Origin: Bdellovibrionia bacterium
GTDB taxonomy: Bacteria > Bdellovibrionota > UBA1018
Reading direction: 5' to 3'
DNA length: 50,582 nucleotides
Assembly (NCBI GenBank): GCA_049424145.1
Contig: JBMSSC010000004.1
Span: 1 to 50,582, forward strand
In this document: piece after piece, positions 8,662-16,965 of the stretch
Layout: every line of letters starts with the position of its first letter
How positions within the stretch are numbered: the stretch's first letter is position 1
Position numbers and translations under genes: made by a program
The notes under the pieces: model-generated
Told to the model about the DNA's origin: nothing
The model's database searches: none
Seen by the model: the letters and a program-made list of their open reading frames with translations, nothing else

Positions 8662-9758
8662 GGGATAATAGGGTGCCTACGGTTCGTGAGCACGGCGGAA
8701 ATTTAAGAAAACTAGCCCACCAAGCGGGATGTAAGCCTCATGAAATTCTAGACTTTTCAGCCAATATTAACCCCTTAGGGTTTCCCTCCTGGGTGAGACC
8801 TTTGATTGAGTCCTGTATTGATGATTTGGTTCATTATCCCGATCCCTCTTACTTTGACTTAAAAGAAAAAATGAGCTCAGTTTGGGGTTTAGATCCAAAA
8901 CAAATCGTTTTAGGCAACGGGTCTTCTGAAATTCTCTGGGCTTTGATTCCTGCCTTAAAAATCCAATTAGCGATGATCGTAGTTCCCTCTTTTATGGACT
9001 ATGAAAAATGCGCTCAGCTCTATGATCTACCGATTCACCGAGTTTTACTTTCTGAGTCCGAGGGGTTTGCTTTTAATGCCAGTCAGTTGAGGCGGAGTTT
9101 AGATTCGATTGACCGCGCGCAATTATGTGGAGTTTTTTTGGGTAGCCCAAATAATCCAAACGGATTGACGTTTCCCATGGGTGAATTTTTGGAGCTCGTT
9201 TGCCAGTATCCCGATGTTTTTTTTATCTTGGATCAAGCATTCATTGATTTTACGGAGGCGGATTTTGAGATTCTGCGGGATCAGCCTAAGAATCTGATTG
9301 TTCTTCGCTCTTGGACCAAGATCCTTGCACTTCCTGGTTTAAGATTAGGCTTTGCTGTGGCTCAACCTCAGTTAGCCCTGGCCCTCAATCAACAGATTCC
9401 CAGTTGGAGTTTAAATGCTTTGGCCCAGAATGTGATGCTTCGGGCATTAGATGATTTTGAGTTTTTTAGGCAAAGTGCACACCAGGTCACTGTCTGGCGT
9501 AAGGATTTTGTAGCTCACTTGGCTCTCATCCGAGGGCTTCAAGTCTATCCCAGTGATGCTAATTTTCTCCTGCTCCGTCTGAATCACCTGAGATATAGCG
9601 TCGCACGCCTCTCTGAGCGACTCTTAAAGGAGCACCGGATTGCCATTCGACGCTGTGAGAATTACTGGGGTTTGGATGATCGCTACTTTCGAGTCGCAGT
9701 GCGCTTGCCTGAACAGAACTTAAGGCTTTTGCGGGCTTTTAATGAAATTTTAAGGTGA
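8658..9758 (+). CDS. cobD: threonine-phosphate decarboxylase (PLP-dependent)
   Basis: HGGN...DFSANINPLG, GNGSSE, PNNPNG, SWTKILALPGLRLGF; ATG 8658 overlaps the cobS stop (ATGA). Confidence 0.88.
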   Translation: MRDNRVPTVREHGGNLRKLAHQAGCKPHEILDFSANINPLGFPSWVRPLIESCIDDLVHYPDPSYFDLKEKMSSVWGLDPKQIVLGNGSSEILWALIPALKIQLAMIVVPSFMDYEKCAQLYDLPIHRVLLSESEGFAFNASQLRRSLDSIDRAQLCGVFLGSPNNPNGLTFPMGEFLELVCQYPDVFFILDQAFIDFTEADFEILRDQPKNLIVLRSWTKILALPGLRLGFAVAQPQLALALNQQIPSWSLNALAQNVMLRALDDFEFFRQSAHQVTVWRKDFVAHLALIRGLQVYPSDANFLLLRLNHLRYSVARLSERLLKEHRIAIRRCENYWGLDDRYFRVAVRLPEQNLRLLRAFNEILR

Positions 9759-9766
9759 AATGACGT

Positions 9767-10750
9767 ATGTTGAATTTTCTTCGTTTTCTTTCCCCTGAAG
9801 AGCGTGTGATTCTCACTGCAGTGGGGGTAGATTTCTGTCTCGGAGATCCAGTGGGATTCCCTCATCCCGTTCGCATGATCGGAAAAATGGCAGCACTGTT
9901 GGAGCGTCAGTCTCGTCGTTGGATTCCTTCTGCGTTTTGGGCAGGCGTCATCTCAGCGGTTCTGATCGATGCGCTTGTTTATGGAGTCGCTTTGATCAGC
10001 ATTGAACTGCTTCGGGGCCGATTTCCCCATGTGTCCACCCTGATCTCAGTCTACTGGATTTATAGTGCGGTGGCGCTTAGGGATCTGATCACGCATAGCC
10101 ATCGGGTCTATCAGGCACTGACTTCGGTGAGTCTTGTAGAAGCCAGGCGGCAAGTGGCCATGATCGTGGGGCGAGATACGGAAAATCTGTCTGAGTCTCA
10201 GGTGATTCGTGCTTGTGTGGAGAGCGTCTCAGAGAGCTTGGTGGACGGTGTGACGGCTCCGATTTTTTTTGCGTGGCTTATGGGTCCTGCCGGAGCCATG
10301 CTCTACCGCGCCATCAATACGCTGGATTCCATCTACGGCCACCGAGACGAGCGCTACGAGCAGTTTGGAAAATGCGCCGCGCGCATCGATGATCTAGCTA
10401 ATTTCATCCCGGCTCGTTTGACGGCTCCGTTGGTTGCAGTGGCCTCAGTTTTTATAGGTCTGAGACCGAGGCAGTCGCTCAGAATTTGGCTTCGTGATGG
10501 GAGAAAGCATCCCAGTCCTAACTCAGGATTAGCTGAGGCTGCCTTTGCTGGGGCTTTAGGAATTCAGTTGGGTGGGGAGGTGACCTATCAGGGAGAAAAA
10601 AGTCACAAGCCCTTCTTAGGTGATCCGCTCGAAGAGAAGACGCCCGAGCATATTTTAAATTCTAATCGGCTACTGGTGTGGATTACGGGATTGTTTATCA
10701 TTCTGCTGGGATGCCTCTCTCGATGGAGAGGTGGATTTGGTTTGATTTAA
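9767..10750 (+). CDS. cbiB: adenosylcobinamide-phosphate synthase CbiB
   Basis: GDP..FPHPV, IVGRDT, YRAINTLDS, ANFIPARL, HPSPNSG. Confidence 0.95.
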   Translation: MLNFLRFLSPEERVILTAVGVDFCLGDPVGFPHPVRMIGKMAALLERQSRRWIPSAFWAGVISAVLIDALVYGVALISIELLRGRFPHVSTLISVYWIYSAVALRDLITHSHRVYQALTSVSLVEARRQVAMIVGRDTENLSESQVIRACVESVSESLVDGVTAPIFFAWLMGPAGAMLYRAINTLDSIYGHRDERYEQFGKCAARIDDLANFIPARLTAPLVAVASVFIGLRPRQSLRIWLRDGRKHPSPNSGLAEAAFAGALGIQLGGEVTYQGEKSHKPFLGDPLEEKTPEHILNSNRLLVWITGLFIILLGCLSRWRGGFGLI

Positions 10751-10868
10751 TGTTTTTTTATTTAAAAAAATGTGATCGGGACTGATGTGATCGGAACTGG
10801 ATCGATTAGAAAACTCTGTTGACGACCAAAGAAGGTTCATGTAGCTCTAATTTTTTGGTCCAGCCTTT

Positions 10869-11735
10869 ATGAAGAAAAATTTTAAAAAGTTGAGTCTTAC
10901 AGTTTTAATGGCCTTAGGTTTTTTATTGAGCTTTCCTCCTGTTTTTGAGTTGAGGCTCAATTGGGCATCTGCCTCTGCCATGGATGTGCAGCCTCAACAG
11001 AGCTCTCCACAAGCTCCGACTCCACGAGTGCATCGCTACCAGACGAGATTGAACAGACGGATCCAGCTCCAAGTTGAACAAGAAAAAGCGCAGGCTTCTT
11101 CTTTCGAAGAATCGATGCCTCAGGTGGGTCAATTCGAGTCTCGTCCGGTTCCGGTAGAAAAACTCAAAACTGTGGCTCAAGACTTAAAAGAAGTCGTTGA
11201 TCAGTGTGCGGCTCAGTTAACTGAGTTAGGACGCGCAAGCGCTGATTTAGGCGAGGTTTCCTCCAAACAGACTCGGCTTGAAATCCAGGTTCAAAAGGCT
11301 CAATCCGGTGAGCTTCGTTGCGAGACTTTACTCATCCAAGCCGTTCAGACCGAGGGGGAGAAAAAGGTTTTCGATGAAAAGGATCTGGTCGATGACCTTT
11401 TATTTGTCGATGAACTCATGGATGAGGGTTTGCTCGAGGTTTTTGCCCAATGGGCCCAGCAGCAGAGGGAAGTTGAATCTTTGTCTGAGCAGGGCTTGGG
11501 TCAAACAGTGGATTTTGCAGCGCCTGCCCAGGAAGCCCAGACAGGGGGATCTCTGGGCGGATTCTACGGGCAAGGGATGGTAAGAAGCCTTCAGTATTCG
11601 GAGCTTTTTCATGCGGCTATTAATCCGCTGAATTTAGAGACTCCACAGGATCTTCCTCAAGCAGAGGGAGGAATGCGGCTTCAAGGTCTTTCAACGGCTC
11701 CAAGCCTTTTTGACTCTCAGGACCTGCTCCACTGA
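10869..11735 (+). CDS. hypothetical exported protein with coiled-coil, Gln/Glu-rich body
   Basis: Signal-peptide-like N-terminus (MKKNFKK, hydrophobic stretch, ASA); no family recognised. Confidence 0.7.
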   Translation: MKKNFKKLSLTVLMALGFLLSFPPVFELRLNWASASAMDVQPQQSSPQAPTPRVHRYQTRLNRRIQLQVEQEKAQASSFEESMPQVGQFESRPVPVEKLKTVAQDLKEVVDQCAAQLTELGRASADLGEVSSKQTRLEIQVQKAQSGELRCETLLIQAVQTEGEKKVFDEKDLVDDLLFVDELMDEGLLEVFAQWAQQQREVESLSEQGLGQTVDFAAPAQEAQTGGSLGGFYGQGMVRSLQYSELFHAAINPLNLETPQDLPQAEGGMRLQGLSTAPSLFDSQDLLH

Positions 11736-11777
11736 TGGGTCAGCTGGAGTGAAATTCTCTTTTTTGTTGGATGAAGT

Positions 11778-12425
11778 ATGATGGGATTTTTCTTTAAATC
11801 GTTTTTTTGTGTTTTTGTTGTTTTGAATGCAACGGGCGCCTTTGCTGTTCCGCAGATGGAAGTGGGCGAAGAGGATGTATTAATAGGCAGTGAGAGCGAC
11901 TACCTCTGGTTCCCTGCAGAGGATTCCTCGGAGTTGATTCCACCAAGGGGAGCACCGCATCCTGTGCAGCAAGGCGCGGGAGCCCATGCAGAAAGCATGA
12001 GTGGTTCTCAAAGCTCATCAGGTTTGAATCTTGGTGTTCAGGGGTTGTTCTGTTTACAGGAGGCCTGCTTTTCTTCGCTTGCTCCAGTGTATTTTAACCA
12101 AGCGATCCTCTTAGAGCACGAAGCCAAAAAAAGCCCATCGCAAGGTGAGTCTTCGGAAGTGGCGGCCTGGTCTCAAGCTCGAAGTATTCTTGAGTTTTTA
12201 GCTGCGCGGGGGTATGCACCTGCTCAACTGAAGTACGCCCAGATGCTCAAGAACGGTTTAGGTGGACCGATGGATCTGAATCTATCCTTAGACTATTTCA
12301 CAAAAGCCGCCTCTCAAAACCTAGCTGGGGCTCAGAGCGAGCTTGAGCAGTTTGAGGAAGAGTTGTGGGAGCTGAGAGCGCAAGGATCGACTCAGTGGCC
12401 GTCTAAAAAGAGGAGAAAGCTTTAG
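11778..12425 (+). CDS. exported Sel1-like repeat protein
   Basis: Signal peptide (AFA cleavage site); Sel1 repeat YAPAQLKYAQMLKNGLGGPMDLNLSLDYFTKAASQN; basic C-terminus. Confidence 0.8.
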   Translation: MMGFFFKSFFCVFVVLNATGAFAVPQMEVGEEDVLIGSESDYLWFPAEDSSELIPPRGAPHPVQQGAGAHAESMSGSQSSSGLNLGVQGLFCLQEACFSSLAPVYFNQAILLEHEAKKSPSQGESSEVAAWSQARSILEFLAARGYAPAQLKYAQMLKNGLGGPMDLNLSLDYFTKAASQNLAGAQSELEQFEEELWELRAQGSTQWPSKKRRKL

Positions 12426-12531
12426 GAAACTTCAGTGGATGAGTTGCCAAAGCTTGGGTCCACTAAAACTCATCTCGCTTGAACGTTTCCCATCGGTAGT
12501 GGTCTGGGCCACCTCGGAGAAAGCCTTTTTT

Positions 12532-13848
12532 CTACCGAGTTGAGGAGAGTTCTTCAAAGTGATTTAAGTAATCCGTAAGCGGGAGTTTTACAGCTAAGGT
12601 TCGTAGGATATAAAACACCCCTGAGAGCTTTCGGTGCAGGAAGATCAGATCCTTGGGCGGAGGCGAGAACTTCAGTGAGCCCACGAGCTCTCGTGAGAGC
12701 TTTCTCATTCTTTCCGGGTATTCGTTTTCTTTGAAGTCATACTCTTTTTGAATAATCGGATTCATACTTTCGCGAAGTAGAGTTTTAAAGATCGCTTTTG
12801 TTTCTTGGGACTCTCGAGGGTGAATGAGGTTCATCTCCTCGGCCACTTGAAGCATTTTCGTTTCATCCTCATGCACTACGGTCATGATGAGTTCCGAGTA
12901 TTTTTTCCTAAACTCCATGGAGTAGGCCTTGGTGGCCCCAAAGTCTAAGAGCACCAACGAGCGTTCTTCGGGTCGAAACAAAAAGTTTCCTAAATTTGGA
13001 TCCGTTTGAACTAAGCCCCAGGAGCAAAATTCCTTGGTATACAAGTCAAGAATCATCTTGCCGTAGTAGGTCCTGATTTCCAGATCAGGCTTCTCGCGGT
13101 GTAGCCATTGAGTGAGACTTACTCCAGGCTCAAAAGAGAGGGTGAGAACTCGTGCTGAGCAATACGGAGAGTAAACTTGAGGAATGATCAGAGAGGGGAA
13201 AGATTGAGCGAAGGTTTGATACCTGCGGGTGAATTCAGCTTCTTGAAGGTAGTCAGTCTCTTGAATGAAGATTTCAGAAAACTCCTGCATGAGTTCTTGA
13301 AAATCCACTTTTTTCCCTAGCACAACGGAGAGGGTTTTTAACAGAGCGTTTAACGATTTTACATCGGAGTGAATGGAGTCGCGGACACCGGGGTATTGAA
13401 TCTTAACGGCCACTCGCTTTTGGTCCGGAAGACGAGCCTCATGTACTTGTCCGATGCTGGCTGCTGCAATGGGCTTTTCAGAAAAAAAGATGAAGTCACT
13501 TGCGCGCTCTTTTAGGTCCTCTCGAACCACGGCTCGAATTTGATCGGCGTCTAGAAACGAGACCTGCCCCTGCAGGCGATCTAAAATGAGGCAGACCTCT
13601 TCGGGTAAGTAGTCGCGTGCTTCTAAGGCAAACATTTGTCCAAGCTTCATGGCAGCGCCCTTGAGGTGCCCGAGTTCTTTCACGAGAGTTTCAGCCTGTT
13701 GGATTAGCTTCAACGAGCTTGCCGCTTCACTGGCCTTGGTTTGAAGTCTTTTTTGAATCTCCTGAGCCGCAAGGGAGCCTGCCATTTTCAGCAGTCGACC
13801 CGCGCGCTCACGAGCTGTCTTAGGAAGGGACTCATTTTTTTTTGTCAT
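12532..13848 (-). CDS. ABC1/AarF/UbiB-family atypical kinase
   Basis: LKGAAMKLGQ, PIAAASIGQVH, VAVKIQYPG, QTDPNLGNF, LLDFGA. Confidence 0.92.
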   Translation of the reverse strand: MTKKNESLPKTARERAGRLLKMAGSLAAQEIQKRLQTKASEAASSLKLIQQAETLVKELGHLKGAAMKLGQMFALEARDYLPEEVCLILDRLQGQVSFLDADQIRAVVREDLKERASDFIFFSEKPIAAASIGQVHEARLPDQKRVAVKIQYPGVRDSIHSDVKSLNALLKTLSVVLGKKVDFQELMQEFSEIFIQETDYLQEAEFTRRYQTFAQSFPSLIIPQVYSPYCSARVLTLSFEPGVSLTQWLHREKPDLEIRTYYGKMILDLYTKEFCSWGLVQTDPNLGNFLFRPEERSLVLLDFGATKAYSMEFRKKYSELIMTVVHEDETKMLQVAEEMNLIHPRESQETKAIFKTLLRESMNPIIQKEYDFKENEYPERMRKLSRELVGSLKFSPPPKDLIFLHRKLSGVFYILRTLAVKLPLTDYLNHFEELSSTR

Positions 13849-14008
13849 AATTTTTTAAAGAGGAACGTTGGCAGGCAATTTATTGAGAATCCAGAGGGAT
13901 GTCAAGGTCGGAGCTCCTGAGCATGGGTCAAAGAGAAAAAGTGGGAGTGTTTTTTCTGAAATGCTCGTTCTCCCTTGCTCCGAAGTGAGAAGTCGGACGG
14001 GGATACGT

Positions 14009-14036
14009 TTGACTTTCTCGTGGTTTCCGGTAGCCT
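14009..14036 (+). promoter_or_regulatory. candidate sigma70 promoter for lipocalin-photolyase
   Basis: TTGACT-N16-TAGCCT. Confidence 0.35.
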
Positions 14037-14080
14037 TCCCCTCGGGACCAAATTTTCAAACCACTGTGAGGGAAGAGTTT

Positions 14081-14635
14081 ATGGGTTGGATTCGTCGTTT
14101 AGCCAGTAAAACAGTCGTGCTCAGTTCAGTTTTTGTGGGGGCAGCCTTTGGCAATACGCGAGAATTAAAGACGGTTGCCTTTGTGGATTTAAAGCGGTAC
14201 ATGGGCGATTGGTACGTGATTGCAAATATCCCCAATTGGATTGAAAAAGGGTGTTCTCACTCCATTGAAAGCTACGCGCTTCGGGAGGATGGAGAAATTG
14301 ATAATTGGTTTGTTTGTCAGAAGCCTGATGGGAGTGAATTGAGGCTCACCTCCCTGTGTACGGTTGAGGACACAAAGACGAATGCTGAATGGAGCGTGCG
14401 TTTTAACTTAAACACGTTTTTAGGCAAACTCCTTCTTCCGGTTCGTTTTAGTTACCTTATCTTGGATCTGGATGCTGAGAACTACAGCTACACGGTGGTG
14501 GGCCACCCAGGCAAAAATCTTTTGTGGATCATGTCGCGTGAGAAAACGTTGGATGAAAAAGTCTATCAGGACATCCTTTTACGCTTAAAGGATCAAGGAT
14601 ACGACTTGCAGAGGATTGTTAAAGTAACACAATAG
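14081..14635 (+). CDS. bacterial lipocalin (Blc-like)
   Basis: VDLKRYMGDWYVIA, YLILDLD..YSY, LWIMSR. True start probably ATG 14081, followed by a signal peptide. Confidence 0.88.
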   Translation: MGWIRRLASKTVVLSSVFVGAAFGNTRELKTVAFVDLKRYMGDWYVIANIPNWIEKGCSHSIESYALREDGEIDNWFVCQKPDGSELRLTSLCTVEDTKTNAEWSVRFNLNTFLGKLLLPVRFSYLILDLDAENYSYTVVGHPGKNLLWIMSREKTLDEKVYQDILLRLKDQGYDLQRIVKVTQ

Positions 14636-14677
14636 GACTCGAGTTAGATCCTCAAACTCAAGTCCCAAAAAAGGGAG

Positions 14678-16216
14678 TTGAGACGGATGCAGTCCTGGGG
14701 AATTCATTGGTTTAGGCGGGATCTTCGTGTTGCAGGAAACCCTGGCTTGCAGTGGAGCTGGAAGCGACACGAGGGACGAGTTGTTGGGTTATTTTGTTTT
14801 GACTCCCAGTTTCTGGCGCGTGAGGACTTTTCTCACCATCGATTTGCTTTTTTTATCCAAACCTTGGAAGCCCTAAAAGAAGAGCTCAGGAGTTTGGGAA
14901 GTGATCTCTGGGTGGTGGATTGTCTGCCGGATCCAGCCTTTGCTCAAATCCATGCTTCACTCAAAAAGAATCAAAGGGCGTTCTCTTCCGTCTCGTTCAA
15001 TCGGGACTACGAGCCTTTTGCTCGCGAGCGGGATCAGCGAGTGATCCAGGTTTTAGAAAAGGACCTCTCCGTCTCCGTACATACCGAGCGAGATCATTTA
15101 CTCATTGAGCCCGGAGAGATTGAAAAACCACAAACTGGGGATCAGTCATTTTATCAGGTTTACTCCCCGTTTGCTCGTCGGTGGTTTGAGAAGTTAGCCA
15201 CAGACGAGGTTCAAGGGCGTCTGGAGTTTCAGAAAAGAGGCCTCCAGTATTTAACGGCTCGGCAAAGGGCTCAAGCCCCAGAGAAATGGTTTCATCTCCA
15301 GTGGAAAACTGTTTGGAAGGATTTGACCCCGCCTTGGGAAGATTCCTTAGAGCGATTTAAAGAGGAGAATCAGAAAAAAGTGACCATCCCGATTCCTGCA
15401 GCTGGAAGTCAGGTGGCTTTCCATCACCTGCAGAGCTTTCGGTCACGTCTTTCTGAATATGGAGAGAAGCGTGATTTCCCGGGGATCTTAGGAACGTCCC
15501 AGGTTTCAGTTTTTCTAAAGAATGGCTCCTTAACAGTGAGTCAGATCATTGCTGAGCTTGGTCTGTCGGCTGCAAAATTGAAGTCAAGCTCGGGGGAGAC
15601 GAAGTACCTCAAGGAGCTAGCTTGGCGTGAATTTTATTACTCGATTCTGTATTTTAAGCCCGAAGTGGAGAAGAAGTCCTTTCTGAAGCGATATGAGAAC
15701 CTGCAGTGGGAAAATAATCTCGATTTTTTTGAGAAGTGGAAAGAGGGAAAAACCGGTTACCCGATTGTTGATGCGGGCATGAGGCAGCTGAAAAAAGAAG
15801 GCTGGATGCACAATCGAGTGAGGATGATTGTGGCCTCCTTTTTGACTAAGGATCTTCTCATCGATTGGCGTTGGGGGGAGCAGTATTTTATGAAGGAACT
15901 GCTCGATGGCGATCTGGCCCCGAACAATGGAGGCTGGCAATGGGCCGCCTCAACCGGGTGTGACCCTCAGCCTTATTTTAGGATTTTTAACCCCGAGCTT
16001 CAGTCGTTGAAGTTTGATCCGGAAGGACAGTACATTCAACGCTATGTGCCTGAACTCGGCGGGCTCACCTCAGAGCAGATTCATGCCCCTCATCGCTTGG
16101 GCGAGGCGTTTTTAAAGAGGATTCACTATCCTGCTCCCATTGTGGATCATGCTTCGAGAAAGCTCAAAGCCTTGGCCTTGTATCAACCTGAGACGGGGTC
16201 AAAAATGAGTTCCTAA
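14678..16216 (+). CDS. phrB: deoxyribodipyrimidine photolyase
   Basis: WFRRDLR, ELAWREFY, GKTGYPIVDAGMRQL, WMHNRVRMIVASFL, NNGGWQWAASTG, RIFNP; start may be ATG 14687. Confidence 0.95.
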   Translation: MRRMQSWGIHWFRRDLRVAGNPGLQWSWKRHEGRVVGLFCFDSQFLAREDFSHHRFAFFIQTLEALKEELRSLGSDLWVVDCLPDPAFAQIHASLKKNQRAFSSVSFNRDYEPFARERDQRVIQVLEKDLSVSVHTERDHLLIEPGEIEKPQTGDQSFYQVYSPFARRWFEKLATDEVQGRLEFQKRGLQYLTARQRAQAPEKWFHLQWKTVWKDLTPPWEDSLERFKEENQKKVTIPIPAAGSQVAFHHLQSFRSRLSEYGEKRDFPGILGTSQVSVFLKNGSLTVSQIIAELGLSAAKLKSSSGETKYLKELAWREFYYSILYFKPEVEKKSFLKRYENLQWENNLDFFEKWKEGKTGYPIVDAGMRQLKKEGWMHNRVRMIVASFLTKDLLIDWRWGEQYFMKELLDGDLAPNNGGWQWAASTGCDPQPYFRIFNPELQSLKFDPEGQYIQRYVPELGGLTSEQIHAPHRLGEAFLKRIHYPAPIVDHASRKLKALALYQPETGSKMSS

Positions 16217-16462
16217 CGGCGGATCTCGGACTTTTCTCTGTCTCGGTAAACGGCTCGTGAGTCAGGGAATTTTTTTTGTTCTCATTCTAGGGGTTTTGTC
16301 ATAACACTAGGGCATCTGAGGATTGAGTCCAAAAAAGTGAAGCCAGTCCTGCTTCTGAAAGCCGGGCTTAAGACCTCCTGCAGGTGAAGCATGAGACCCT
16401 CTCACTTCGTTTGAGTGAAGAGATCTATGAAAATCAACCGAGATCTGTGAAAAGGAAAACCT

Positions 16463-16858
16463 ATGAGCTCCTCGCCATCGAATCGTCCAGTGAAGTCCCA
16501 GTCTATGAACCGAAGGCATTTTTTACAGCTTTCTGTGTCAGGCTTAGTTGCATCGGCCCTTCTTCCTTTGTTGGGTTTAAAAGCCTTTGCTGCGCCCAAA
16601 GCAGAACCCTTGCCTGCAGGCGCAACAGCCGTTCCTGAGACCGATCCCGTAGCCACCGCCATTGGGTATAAATCGGACACCAAACGAATTGATTTCGTGA
16701 AGTATCCGAATCGTAAGAAGCCTGAGGCAAAAAACCAGAACTGTAAGAACTGTGCACTCTACACCTCGGTGAACCAGTCTTGGGGAAAATGCCAAATGCT
16801 GACGGCTGGATTGGTGAGTGCTGAGGGCTGGTGCGGCTCTTGGTCGAAAAAATCCTAA
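16463..16858 (+). CDS. high-potential iron-sulfur protein (HiPIP), Tat-exported
   Basis: NRRHFL twin-arginine signal; CKNCALY...GKC...VSAEGWCGSW four-Cys pattern; start may be 16505. Confidence 0.92.
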   Translation: MSSSPSNRPVKSQSMNRRHFLQLSVSGLVASALLPLLGLKAFAAPKAEPLPAGATAVPETDPVATAIGYKSDTKRIDFVKYPNRKKPEAKNQNCKNCALYTSVNQSWGKCQMLTAGLVSAEGWCGSWSKKS

Positions 16859-16965
16859 CATCGATTTTAAGTTAAAGCCCCTGAGCTGCGGTGAATTGGC
16901 TTCCTTGGGGTCACCTAAGTTTTGAATCAGGATGAGTATTCGTCCTTAGACAAGGTTTTTCTTGG

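Noticed and set aside
13868..14080. 71-aa N-terminal extension of the lipocalin
   Set aside because: It covers the divergent promoter region; the signal peptide and RBS fit ATG 14081
16859..16965. Cobalamin riboswitch before the TonB receptor (btuB hypothesis)
   Set aside because: Spacer only about 107 nt with no B12-box, so the receptor is not called btuB
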